The notes under the pieces: generated by a model | The model's database searches: none | Told to the model about the DNA's origin: nothing | The model's input: only the letters and a program-made list of their open reading frames with translations | Part shown: positions 29,752 to 44,049 of the stretch, piece after piece | Layout of the letters: each line of letters begins with the position of its first letter | Position numbering within the stretch: the stretch's first letter is position 1 | Source: the human T2T-CHM13v2.0 reference genome, Homo sapiens | Assembly: GCF_009914755.1 (NCBI RefSeq) | Contig: NC_060926.1 | DNA length: 64,000 bases | Direction: 5' to 3' (one strand) | Program-made: the position numbers and the translations under genes

Positions 29752-30382
29752 CTTTGTGGTCTTCATCCCCAAAACACATTACTCAGTCTAATCATGAGAA
29801 AAACATCAGACAAATCCCAAATGAGGGACATTCTATTCCTCAAAACTGTCAAGGTCATAAAAAACAAGAAAAATCTGGGAAACTGATACAGCCTAAGGAG
29901 ACACATAATATAATGATTAAATGCCATGTGGTATCCTGGATGAGACCCTAGAACAGAAAAACAAGGACATTAGGGGAAAACTGAGGAACTCTGAATAAAG
30001 TATGGACTTTAGTTAACAATAATGTGTCACATTAGTTCATTGTGACAAATGTATTATACTAATGCAAGATGTTAATAAAGGCAGAAACTAGGTATGGGGT
30101 ACATAGTAAATCTCTGTACTGTCTTTGGGATAATTCTGTAAATCTGTAACTGTCCTGAAATAAAAAAGTGTATTTTAAAAATGCTATTGAGTTAAAAATG
30201 AGTGATAAAACAAGCTTAGGTGACTATATAAATATTCAGGTATTTTGTTTTCCAAAGGATTTTCAAACCTATTTAAAGTTCCTTACCACTTATAGAACCC
30301 CAAATTGTAAACTGTATTTGATGAATTATTGTTCTTCATAGAATAGTTAGATGATGGAAAATTTCTTTTAGAGGAAACTCGC

Positions 30383-30748
30383 TGATATGGCTTGGCTCTG
30401 TGTCCCCATCCAAATCTCATCTTGTAGCTCCCATAATTCCCATGTGTTATGAGAGGGACCCTTTGGGAGATGATTGAATCATGGGGCGGGTCTTTCCTGT
30501 GCTGCTCTCATGATAGTGAATGAGTCTCATGTGATCTGATAGTTTTAAAAACGGGGGTTTCTCTGCACAAGCTCTCTTTTTGCCTGCTTCCATCCACATA
30601 AGATGTGACTTGCTCCTCTTTACCTTCCGCCATGATTGTGAGGCCTCCCCAGCCAGGTGGAACTGTAAGCCCAATTAAACCTCTTTCTTATGTAAATTGC
30701 CCAGCCTCGGGTTTGTCTTTATCAGCAGTGTGAAAATGGACTAATCCA
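30383..30748 (+). mobile_element. THE1 (ERVL-MaLR) solo LTR
   Basis: TGATATGGcTTGGCTCTGTGTCCCCAtCCAAATCTCATCTTG...caattaaacctcttt...gtctttatcagcagtgtgaaaatggactaatcCA. Confidence 0.9.
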
Positions 30749-32962
30749 CTGACCCTATTATTAAGTTTCAGCAAATAAATATATGTTGTATTTGAAACCC
30801 AGAAAAGTCATAGTCAGTTTAATTAGAATTGTCTCATCAATTATAAAATATTTTCTATTTATAAATATTTTTTCTAAGCATTTCTTAGAAAATTCATTTC
30901 CTGTCTTATTTCCTCTTTTAGCAAACTGATTAGTTGCAGTACCAAGGTTATGATTTTTCCATTTATTCTTCTGCATATTTAAATATGGTCATCGTGTTTT
31001 ATTTTAAATTTGTTTTTAGAACTTAATAGTACTTTACAGTATATTTCTATAATTTAAATCTTCTGATAAAAATATAATTTATAGCCTCATGATTTTTAAA
31101 AAAGGCTATTTGTCACCACTACTAAAATCAGAATGAGGGAAATTCTCTCACATGTAAATGAAGGATTTAAGTTAGCGATAAAGGAATTTCCTCACCATAA
31201 AAGCTGTTATCCACTAGAAAAAGCAACCTTAAAATTGTGAGATTTCTTCTTGTGATGTATGGATTTAACAGGAATATGCCTGAAGATCTTTACTTGTAAA
31301 ATACACAGCAATACCAAAGTAAAAGCTTTTTACATAAGAGCAGTTTCAAGATAGTCTTTCCTCCCAAACATTAAATAGTTTTCTAACAGAATTTAAAAAA
31401 AAAAAACTTTTGGAAAAGAAAGGTTAGAGTATATACATTACCACTTTTGCATAATAGTCTTAAAAAGAAAACTCTTTACAATACCTAGTGAAAATTACTA
31501 CCATCCAAAGCTGCAACATAAGCTATGGTTCATGACATCCCTGTTCCCTCCAACACCCAATGCCCAGTACACATAGGTGGCCACACTTGTGGCCAGCCCC
31601 AGTCTTCTCTAGGGCTTCCCAGATGTACCACATACTCCTAACATCCTTCTCTCAATATGTCACCTGTTCCAGATCTCGACTTTCATGTAAGACAATCTCT
31701 CTCAAGCACATATACATCAACTTCAACTCTTACTTCCTTCTCTTTTATAATTTGCCCTATTACATCACAAAAATGTGCCCTGGGAAAGTTGGTCCTCTAT
31801 AGCTTTCTCACTCACATGGCCCTCAAGAAAGGAAGTTCTAAGAAAGCTTGAAGTTTTGTCTGTTTTCTTCACAGTTGTAATTCAAGAACTTAGGAGTATG
31901 CCTGGTACTCAGTAGAAATTCACTAACTCCTTATTGTACCACTTAACCAGAATGCTCTCTCATGACAGGTCTACAACCATTTGAGTCTTCAACGACTCCC
32001 TACCAAGATCTTCATGATTGGTTATGATTTCCTTTAAATTTCAGGTTCAGCAATTACAACAGCTTACTTCTGCAATGAATGGAAAAATCTAAGAAAATAT
32101 TCAATACCCACCAAGTATTAGCAGTAGTAATGTAGTTAACAAAAACTTTATTTTCCTGAATAGGATATGATTCTGGTCTACAGATAAATGAGGTGTTGGT
32201 ATATTTCCATATTGTGCTTTAAAATCCTATGGTCCAACATTCATTCATTATTTAGATACAACAAACAGTATCTACCAAATGCCAGACTCATTCCACTGAG
32301 CATTCAAATCTACTCAGCCACGCTGGTGAAAAGAGAAATAGCCTAGCTCAATACCAGACACATATCTATAAGGACACACATCTTCAAGTTTTAGAAAGCA
32401 GCAAAAATGTGAATCAACCGTGAAGGGCCAATAAAACTGAAGTCTTATTTAAAATAAAATAGAACTAATTTATATTACAGATCTTGTGGAGTTGTGGGTT
32501 TCATACCCAAATGTGACAAATGTTCTGCTGTAAGTACTATAAAAGTTCTTGGATCCTAAGTTTTAGCTCAATACTTCAAATGTCCAACAATATTTAAAAA
32601 CAATTGCTACAGTAGCGGACACACCAGTTTAGAATACACATTCCATTACTTTGGTCATTACACCAGTCCAGCCTCAATGAAGTGTGGAAACAAAAGTCAG
32701 GGAATGCAGGGGAAAAGTCTCAAAGCAATTAGGTTCAGTTTTCCAGACCAAGGTAACATCTTAGCAGAGTACCTACCAAGGGCTACACTGGCAAAATGGA
32801 CTCATTTAAATTTAATTCCTTTTCCTAAACCTTATGCATATTTTAGTAGAGGGGCTAATTAGCAACAAAGAGGAAGAAAAAGGAGGAGCAATGGGACACA
32901 TCAGGAGGGAAATCTATGAATCACAAACTTTCTAACTGACCTCTTTTTAAAAATAGAGGTAG

Positions 32963-33283
<321 letters not shown>

Positions 33284-34716
33284 AATAGAGGTAGCTGTGA
33301 TATAATGCTTATTTTTCAAATAATTTTCTCATTGCTTTTGATATCTGAAACGTCAGTAAAAATGCTATGCTATGACCTAGATCAGTAAGCTACAATTAAC
33401 ATCAGAAGAACTATACTAGTAGAATAAAAGTTGATGAGCTACTGTTGGAAGCACAAAAATAAATCTTGTCAAAACAAAGCAAAGTTCCTGTCAATCTTCA
33501 AAAGAATGGTTTGGGGGAAGGGAGGAAGTGTCCAAGATTTAAGATACATAGGAAGTTGCAATTAATTTTATCCAAGTTTTTATATTCAGTCATACCAGAT
33601 TACAGTCTTGTAATTTTGATGGACTTTTTAATATATCTGATATTGTTAAATCTGAATTTTTTAAATATTGGACAAATGAAATGGTTTGAGATACTCAAAA
33701 AATATCCACATTATTGTTCTTGTTTGAAACTTTTCTAAAGCCATCCTCTCCCTTGATCCAAGACTCTTCCCTGAACTGTTGATAAATATGTTTTCAATGT
33801 GTCAAGCGTTTTGTGAGCACCAACTTGGATAATGGAGTCATGAAATGAAGAGTGAGCCTACTCTCAAATAGCTCACAATTTTTAGTAGGAAGGAGTGCCA
33901 TAAAACCAGTAACTGAAGCAAGGACAGGTGGTGTTACTGCTTCCATCATCCTTCATGAAGGGGTAAATTTTCTGAACTAAAAGGAGAGGCAGGGTGGTTG
34001 ATACACTTGAACCCAGCTAATAAAAGATTTGGGCATTTTCTTTGGTCAATGCATTTAAAGGCATTGATTTTACATTGCAAATGCAATTTTACTTACTTTC
34101 GCTGGAAATCCATTCAGAACTCCTCTCAGCTAAGAGAGTTGTTCCTAAACAACTTCTGCCATTATTCTTAAAAATAATATTTCCCATCCACAAAAAAGGA
34201 AAAGAAAAGAAAAATGCTGAAGTTTCCTAAAGTGGTGAGTAACAGTAAATCCTGAGTTGGGGTAGGGAGGGAGCCGTGGAATAGGGCTCTATTCATAGAG
34301 AAGAGACACATTAATTAAAAATCCACCTAAAAGGAGCCAGTGAATTAGATCGAATTGGGTGGTATGGGTTTTTGTTGTGTACTTGATAATGCAAAGACGC
34401 TTTCCATGAGCCCATCTAACTAATACAGCGTGGTGGGAAGCAGGCTTTGAAGACACAATAACATTCCTCCAGCGAGCTTCAAGCTGGAGGCTAAAGCACC
34501 AGCCATTCATTTTTCCATCTTGAGACACATTCTTCACCCAGTTCAAAGGCCCAAGAAACAACAAGCCTGTACACTTTCTGAAGGTCGGCCTCTGTAGGGA
34601 CTTGTGAGGGACTAAAGGCTCAGGCTGCAAAATATTTTTAAAGACCAAGTTTTAGGAATGTAACCTTTTTTATTGGACTGCAGTTTCCACTCCCTTGCCC
34701 TCCTCCTCACCCCTAA

Positions 34717-34718
<2 letters not shown>

Positions 34719-34764
<46 letters not shown>
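34719..34764. repeat. (AC)23 microsatellite
   Basis: Read directly. Confidence 0.97.
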
Positions 34765-34769
<5 letters not shown>

Positions 34770-35575
34770 GGCAAAAGGGAGTTTTAATTATACTCTTGGT
34801 AACTTCCAGGGTACTCTACAAATGGAAATAAAATATTTTTAGAAATTAATTTATTACCTATTCTTTTAAAAATGTAATATTAATATTCCTTAACCTAACC
34901 AGAAGGAATGGGATTCGCTTTGAAAGGAAGTTATTGTTTAGCTGTGGTTCAAAGAGTATGCTGGAATTGGGAAGGGGGGCAGAGGGAGCTAGTAAGGGTG
35001 GGTTAGGGGGGTGGACTGGAGCTGCCAAGATCACAATATAAATACCACCACGTTCAACTTTCAGTCTCTCCCTCTTGGCTCCCCTCCATGACATATTTTA
35101 TACAGTGTCTTGTTTTGTTTTGTTCTGTAACCTCAGGAACATTTACGGTATTTGAGATTCTGGTAAAAGCAAAATGTAAATAGTAGCTGATGGGAGAGCT
35201 GGGTGAAGAGTTAACTAAAGTACTGCCTTTGCTTTGAGTAGGATGTGGCAAACCATTTGCATTTGCTTTCCAATAATCAGCAACTTTGTGTTACCCAAAT
35301 CTAGATTTATGCTCAGGCAGCGAAAGCCCTTTCAAACCATTTCAAAGTCTCTGACTCCATTTAGGCCCTTGCTCTCCACCTCCCCAGACAAAATGCCCAG
35401 CGCCCTGCACCAGTTCTCATGTGGCTCAGTTTGTTGTGTAAGTGGGGACAAGCAGTAAGTCATTGGTGAAGAGACAGTGGGAAGATATCCCCTGGCTCTG
35501 CGTTCCCTTCCAGTACCATATTTGCTTTCAAGTCCTATGTGAGCCACCTGAGGACTGTTACAAAGTGTAATCCTT

Positions 35576-35869
35576 GGTTGGGTGCTGTGGCTCATGCCTG
35601 CAATCCCAGCATTTTGGGAGGCCAAGGTGGGCAGATCACTTGAGGTCAGGAGTTCATGGCCAGCTTGGCCAACATGGTGAAACCCCGTCTCTACTAAAAA
35701 TACAAAAATTAGCCTGGCATGGTGGCGCACACCCATAATCCCAGCTACTCAGGTGCTAAGGTAGGAGAATCGCTGGAATCCAGGAGGTGGAGGCTGCAGC
35801 GAGCCAAGATCACACCACTGCATGCCAGCCTGGGCAACACAGTGAGACTGTGTCCCAAAACAAAACAAA
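35576..35869 (+). mobile_element. AluS with (CAAAA)n tail; donor of the 29.5-kb copy
   Basis: 15-bp TSD acaaagtgtaatcct at 35560-35574 and 35870-35884. Confidence 0.95.
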
Positions 35870-36629
35870 ACAAAGTGTAATCCTCTAACCTAGTTCATAG
35901 TAGACATCTAGAACAAATAGTATGTTTTCACCATCCACCAATGGCACTAAAAATAGAGACAACCGCATCTACTACTAGAAACCTCAATAGTCATTTTTCA
36001 ATGTTTTACTTAGGGGTGAGCTTTCAGCCTTCACTCAACTAATAAGATGTATTCTTAAGGAGATCTAACTCTTAAAAAGATGCCATCAAGACCTGAATCT
36101 GCACTTGGCCCACAAAGCATGTAATATAAAAATATGTGTTTCTCCTTTACAAACCTGAATAATAGAAGTACATTATGTATTTTCTGAAATCATTTCCTGC
36201 CCCTACATTTACGGTAGTGCCCATTATTCTACTTCATAACACTCTGCCCTTCCTCTTCCTCATGCCACATTTTGCAGTAGCATATTTCTTTATTTACTTG
36301 TTTATTTTTGCCCCCTGTAAAGTGCCACAAAGGCAGGGACACACGTATTTCAGTCTCCACTGCCTGGCTCACAGAGAAAAACTCAATGAATATTTATTTA
36401 AGGGAATATAAGTGTTTGTGTTTTTCCAAAAAAAGTAGTATGAAGGAAATCACTGATATTTCACCCAAAGGTAGAAGTGTTCACTATAAACATCTAAGAA
36501 TAATTTTATTCTAAATGTTCAACATGCAGTTGATAAACATTTACTAATGACAACAAAATAACTGCATTTAGTATACTATGGTATCACAGTAAGTCAAAAA
36601 AATACAGATTTTCTAATAGTATCTCTATT

Positions 36630-37065
36630 TTATCCCCTTGATGCTGGGTGTGGCTATGTGACTTGCTTTAGGCAATGGGATAGTAGCAAATGTGATATAA
36701 GCAGAGGCTTGAAAAGTATTTATGCACTCATTGCTTCCCTGCTCTTGCTGCTGGGAACCTGTTCAATACCACGTGAGGACTGGGTCAGTCTGCTGGGGAC
36801 ACGTGGACCAGTCAATAGCAAGCACCAACTGACAGCCAGCATCATCCACTAGATATGTGAGGAAGAGCATCCTAGACAACTAGCCCCCAGTCAATCCTCC
36901 AACTGACTGAACCACTGCATTCACCCTGATGAGACAAGCAGAAGAACTGCCCAGCTGAACTCAACCTAAATTACCAACACACAGAATTGTGACCTAGTAA
37001 ATGATTGATGTTTTAAAGCACTTTATTTGGTTGTGGTTTGTTACATATTGAAAGCTAAATGATAT
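36630..37065 (+). mobile_element. Old MLT1 (MaLR) LTR fragment
   Basis: ggctatgtgacttgctttaggcaatgg...agaagaactgcccagctga...ccaacacacagaattgtga...ttgttttaa..tggtttgttac. Confidence 0.7.
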
Positions 37066-37255
37066 ATACACCTGAGAAACTAGATAGCTTCATATATAAA
37101 ACTCTTTAACAGCTTTTTAAAAATTTCCTTCATATGGATGAATTTCATTCCTCCTTACTTTAATCTGGAAGAAAACTAACACTACTGCTATTACTATACT
37201 CTTATTGGTAAGTCACCAAAAAAACGATCAAACACTGACGATTCTAATTCAAATG

Positions 37256-37718
<463 letters not shown>

Positions 37719-38069
37719 TAGAGAAGCTCCTCTTTGCTTCAAGGTAGAAATTATCTCAGCAATACACACTTTCCTTAGGAGACAGGGTAGATTCTCCTTA
37801 TTCCATTCCTGTCCAGTGTTAATAACTTTGGAGAAAATAAGTGACAGGACATCACTAGTGTAAATAAATTTCATTAATTAGTTGTATGTAGTCTTATGTA
37901 TAAAATAAATTGCTCCCAGAATTTGAAATGTTGAAAGACTATTCCAATAAAAAGCATTAATTCTTTTGAGCACTGAAAAATATGAGACATTGGTATCCAG
38001 AAAGTCTTCAAAAAGATCCTTAACCTTAATACTTAATCCCATTATACCATATTAAGAACCAGTTATTCA

Positions 38070-38494
<425 letters not shown>

Positions 38495-38600
38495 AGACAC
38501 ATTTCTTAATTTGAACATTTCCAACTTGAAAAACCAGATCATTTTTTAACCTATGCTTTTCCCCTTTCACTGTTATGCTAGATTAATCACTAGAAACTTT

Positions 38601-39148
38601 TCTTTTTTTTATATATATACTTTTAAGTTTTAGGGTACATGTGCACAATGTGCAGGTTAGTTACATATGTATACATGTGCCATGCTGGTGTGCTGCACCC
38701 ATTAACTCGTCATTTAGCATTAGGTATATCTCCTAATGCTATCCCTCCCCCCTCCCCCCACCCCACAACAGGCCCCAGAGTGTGATGTTCCCCTTCCTGT
38801 GTCCATGTGATCTCATTGTTCAATTCCCACCTATGAGTGAGAACATGCGGTGTTTGGTTTTTTGTCCTTGCGATAGTTTACTGAGAATGATGATTTCCAA
38901 TCTCATCCATGTCCCTACAAAGGACATGCACTCATCCTTTTTATGGCTGCATAGTATTCCATGGTGTATATGTGCCACATTTTCTTAATCCAGTCTATCA
39001 TTATTGGACATTTGGGTTGGTTCCAAGTCTTTGCTATCGTGAATAGTGCCGCAGTAAACATACGTGTGCATGTGTCTTTATAGCAGCATGATTTATAGTC
39101 CTTTGGGTATATACCCAGTAATGGGATGGCTGGGTCAAATGGTATTTG
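38601..39148 (-). mobile_element. 5'-truncated young L1PA (about L1PA3-PA5), ORF2 end plus 3'UTR
   Basis: tagggtacatgtgcacaatgtgcaggttagttacatatgtatacatgtgccatgctggtg...; perfect 15-bp TSD atcactagaaacttt at 38586-38600 and 39149-39163. Confidence 0.93.
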
Positions 39149-42100
39149 ATCACTAGAAACTTTGTGAACCTGAGGATTGAAAAGAGACGTGGAAAGTAGT
39201 GTGTCCTTTTTTTTCCCTTTAAAAGTAACAACAACAACAACAAAAGAGAACAGTAAGTCTGTGACACAAGGTGTATTATCTGCTGTGCCCCTTTAAGTGC
39301 TGAAATTTGGGATCTGAGCATATTCTTCCATAGAAGACTTGGAGCAGTTGGGCATTTAACCAACTTTTTATTACAAAGCTTCAAAATTTATAAGCAGTCT
39401 ATCTCTGGAAAGATAATCAAAACCCAGCAGTGATGGTGGCCTATGAGAAACTGGGGACAAAGGTGGGAGGAAGCCTTATTTTTCACTCTCTACCTTAAAA
39501 AAAAAAAAAACAAAAACAACAACAACAAAAAAAAAACAAAAAAAATTGGAAACTTACAGCATGTACATGTATCACCTATACAAAAATATAGAGAAAAAAA
39601 TAGTGTGAAGAGACCCAGCAAGCTATTATAAAACTTGGTAGTCTAAAAAAAAAAAAAAACTTTTAAAACATGTTTCTGTAAGAGACTACCACAAACTTAA
39701 AAATAAACGTGACTGCATATCATCAAAACAGAGGGAGAAAAATCTCAAAAGCAATTATACTTGCAGCCAGAAGCAAGCAAGGAACCACAGTTCAAAGTGT
39801 TGGACCTTTTCTTCATTAAAAATAAAAACCACCCACCCAAAGGAAAAAAAAGAAAAAAGTCCTTGAATAACAAAGCTAAGATAGCAAGAAAAGACTTTAA
39901 AATTTATTTTGTAGCCCCCACTTTCCCCCCACGTTTCCTAACACTGACCACCCCATAACAAGTCCACATTCAACCCCTCTTCATTTAACAGCTGGATGCC
40001 TCTTCTTCTGGTTGCTTTCACTGGGACTAAAGATCCAAAGCAAAGATATCTTTTTTCCTGCTTTTTGTCAATATTATGTTTGCAAGCTTAATATCCAAAA
40101 ATGGGCCTTTCTTCCAAATGAGAGTTCCTTCCTGATTATTTAGTATGCTGATGGTATTGTCAGACAGGAAGCCATGGTTAGAAAGATTCAGAAAAATACA
40201 AACCTTTAAGCTAGATGGGCACTTTTGCCCTTTAGGTTTATGAAAAATGCCAACTTTTGTGAACTACACAATCGGAATCTTGATTTGGTTTTCCCGGATA
40301 ACTTATGTCATAAGAAATTTGGTAACTCCTTTGGTGATCTCCTCTCAGTACCATTTTTCCCTCCATTTCCATGAATCTACCTTCATCCCCTTTCAATAAA
40401 AGGTGTACTATTTGGAACATGATAGGTGCTCAATAGAGCTTACTGAGTAAAAGAAGGGGAGGGGAAGAACAAGAAAAAATGGCTTAGGGCCTATTTGACA
40501 AAAGCAGATAATTTATGTTAGGGTTGAGAAATGGGTGGTGCGCTTGAATAGTATTAAAGACAATTAAAGATCTTCTGATCTTCTGATTGTCCCCACAACC
40601 CCTAAAACTCAAGGGTAAACATAATTATTTTTCATATCCATAGAGCCCTCCAAATAATTTTTAAGTGAATAGGGACATGATGATTGGAGAAGATTAGATA
40701 AATTATAGTTGACTACTTAGCAATTACTCAATATTCCAGTGGCCTTTAACTAACTGCTAAATGTTTATAAATGTCTTTTATTATTTTGCTAGCTCACTTA
40801 GATCATATCCTTCCTAAAAGTAAAAATCATGACTTTCTGTGCAAAACATAATTTGTTTGCCACATTACATATATTCAAAAAAAAAAAACGTCTCTTTGAT
40901 CATTTCAACAAACGTGAGAAAACTTCTCAAGATTAAGTGATATCGTTCAGCAATATGACCTAAATATGTCAGGGAGGATCAGAGAACATGCATTAAAGTA
41001 TTCTTTGGTCAACAATAAAAGTGGAGTGCAAGGATACATATGTAATATGCAATATTTATAAAACTTGGGATGGTAAAAAGGAATACAATGAATGCAATCC
41101 AACTCAGCTTACTCAATAAAACATTCCTGGTAGAGTAATAAAACCACAAAATCTCTACTCTGCTTTAAGAAAACTGCAACTAGAATCATAGTCTGACCCA
41201 TGTATTCAACTCTACTGCCATTATCAATGGAAAATACAGAAAAAGGGTCAAAAAGCCTTTTCAACATAAATACATCTTTTTCAAAGCTCTATTATTCAAA
41301 GATCACTGGCTCACTGAATAAGCACAAATAACATTTATCCAACCAAATTTATTTCAACAAATAGATTATAGCAGAGCCTGCTGCAAGAATACTATTAAAA
41401 TGGAAAGTATTCCTTTTATCATACATGACAGTACCTTATACTTGTCCAATCCATCTTCTCCCTTTTTGTGAATTAAGAATGGGAGAGGTACTACCATTTC
41501 CAAAGTATAAGACAAAAATAGAAGCAAATAGATGATACTTACTAACCTATCTTCTTAAAAAGCTTTACAATAAATTTTTGTAACTATGTCATATTAGTTT
41601 GAAATTAGTATGCAATTATTATATCATACTAACGTTAAAATGTAATTTTAAGTTAAAATTCAATATGATTACACTTTCTGAACATGTTTCAATAACATTT
41701 TAAAGACAGCTCTCAAAGTCTGCTGCATAGCTATGGACTAATAAGGTAACGAAGGAATAAATCAGTTACATAATTATAAATGTGGTAGAGGCAGGATCTA
41801 TTATTTTACATGCAAAAAAATACTAGTATGAAAAAAAGTTACAGGATCTTTAGTGTGAAACTGGCTTCAAGCATGATTCACAAGAAGCTATTTTCCTTGA
41901 ATACAATTTCCAGTAACTTTGTAACATGAGGAAATAATTGAGGAAATGGCTTTCTTTAAAACAAAACAAAACCTTAAAACTGTGAAATGTTCCAATATAC
42001 TAAATTACCAACCCATCAAAATAAAAGGAACCATTTATATACTATTCAGCTAAGACACATATCTGATTATAGTGAGAGGATTGGAAAAGAATAAGTCCGT

Positions 42101-43009
42101 GGAGTTTCTTAAGAGGCAACAGACTATTTTAATGACTTGTGAAATCCACATGGAGGGACAAAAAAGGTCGGAGCTTCTGAATATATTGGCAACTCAACAG
42201 TCAAGATAACACAGGGTTGGAAAAGCAGTGTTGGCTCAACTAACTAATCAAAAACCCTAAAGCACAAAAAATCTGGACAACACTAATTTTGCCAGCAAGA
42301 GAAATATTGAGTTGTTTCATACACCTAAGAGAGAAAAATAAAGCTAAAGAAAAAATTGTGGAAGGCCTCCTATAGTCCCCAGTTGGCTTCTCAAATTTCC
42401 TTACCATTCACTTAAATGGCTGTCTCACTGAAGAACACTGATGGTACAAATGAGACACATTATCCACAAACACACCACCCCTGAAAAAGAGGTGATTTCC
42501 AACAGGATGCATGTGTTAATTTCCACAGTGTGCACTGGTTAAAGCTTACTCTATAGTGTGGGGAGGGGTGGGATGTTTCTGAGAGCTGACCTTAGGATGT
42601 AGGAACTAGCAGGTGCCTTGCATTCCCACACACATTTTATTTTTAAAAAGGCGGAAGGAAGAGGAGCATAATTCAGTCTAGAGATGGTTCCAAAAACTTA
42701 GGCTGGTCGATCAGGAGGGTTTGTCTTAGGGTTTGTTAAAACTCGAAAATGCCCCCTTGAAGCAAGAAAAGTTAATGTCAGGCCTGAATCAAACAATGTT
42801 TTCCTTCCAGGCCCCAGTCTGTCCATAAAGAATGTCTGATCCAAAGGCTAGAAATGGACAGAACAGGCTATTCTCATGCTTTATCATGACCCTGTCAACA
42901 GCTTCTTCGGAAAGAATCCTCATTGCAACTGACCCATTAAAGAGTATCAGTCATTTTCTCCACAACATTCCTATGTTTAGAGCTGCAAAGGAGGTTAGAA
43001 TAATTTAGA

Positions 43010-43140
43010 ACAAAATCCTCAAGTTACTGATGAAGAAATAGGTCCAGAGAAATTAAGTGACTTGCCCAAGGTCACTCTGCTAGTGAAGGGCACAGGCTGT
43101 GTTGGAGCCCAAGATCTCTGGCTCCCAAGAACTGCTTTTT
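43010..43140 (-). mobile_element. MIR
   Basis: gatgaagaaa..ggtccagagaaattaagtgacttgcccaaggtcac core. Confidence 0.7.
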
Positions 43141-44049
43141 CCATTGCATCATTTAAGATAGCACAAAGCTATTTTCCTGGAATTGTGATTTAAAAAAAAA
43201 AAAAAGGTGGCATGCCCTTTGGATCCCAAGTCTCTTCCTGTAGGGCAATGCTGGAGATAGTATTTATTGAGGGGGAACTCAGAGAAATGACTACAATATA
43301 TGCAACATTTTATGGATTTATTTTTACTATAAAAAGATACCTAAACAATTGCAAACATTAAGCAAATTATTAGCTGCTCAAACTTTTCTGGAACAACAGA
43401 GAAACTCTCTCCCACTGCTCAGTAGCAGTTTTGGGTCATAACATTTGCACCTGCTTGGTACGTTTCCACCTGTGATGTTTCACTTGGCCCCTCAGAAAAA
43501 GCGCTGCCCTGGGATCTTATGATTCAGTGATCCAAGAGGGATGTTGGCTGGTGAGAAATGCTTATTTGAGAGGGAAGGAGGAGGAGGAGAAAATACTCCC
43601 ATAGCACTTTTCTTTCTTATTTTCCTTATTTTAGAAAGGCCAAATCTGAACACATTTTCCATCCCATGTAGTAATATATCTCACATAATTTTGGTTACTG
43701 GAGGGTACACAACACAAATCTAGCAAGCTTTCAAAATCGATGTGCCCAGCCTAAATTGACGGGCTGTCACTGGGACTGTCAATGATGGAAAAATGAATCT
43801 GTGTCTGAGAACGCCACAGCATTTCCTCCAAGCCTTTAAGGAACACACTACCCAAACCCTTGTCACACCGGGTTCTCAGGATCTGCAAGCTGCAGTCCCG
43901 TCTTTCATTTCGCTGTGAGCTCCCTCACAGCCCAGGAGGATGCGTTTTCCCAGCTCTTACCTAGCTCTGGTGCTTTGCAGTAAAGTGTATGGAGCCTAGG
44001 GCACTTTCAAGCCAAAGGAATTCCCCCTCCCCCCATGACCCAAAACGAT

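Larger units (their letters stand above)
27540..30185 (+). mobile_element. Old L1M (L1MC/L1MD-like) 3' region, interrupted by MER2 and an Alu copy
   Basis: gatgaatctt..tgcatattgctaagt..aagaagccag...gacattctggaaaaggcaaaact...; ctaatcatgagaaaaacatcagacaaatcccaa...; 3' end tctgtaaatct..aact..aaataaaa. Confidence 0.8.
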
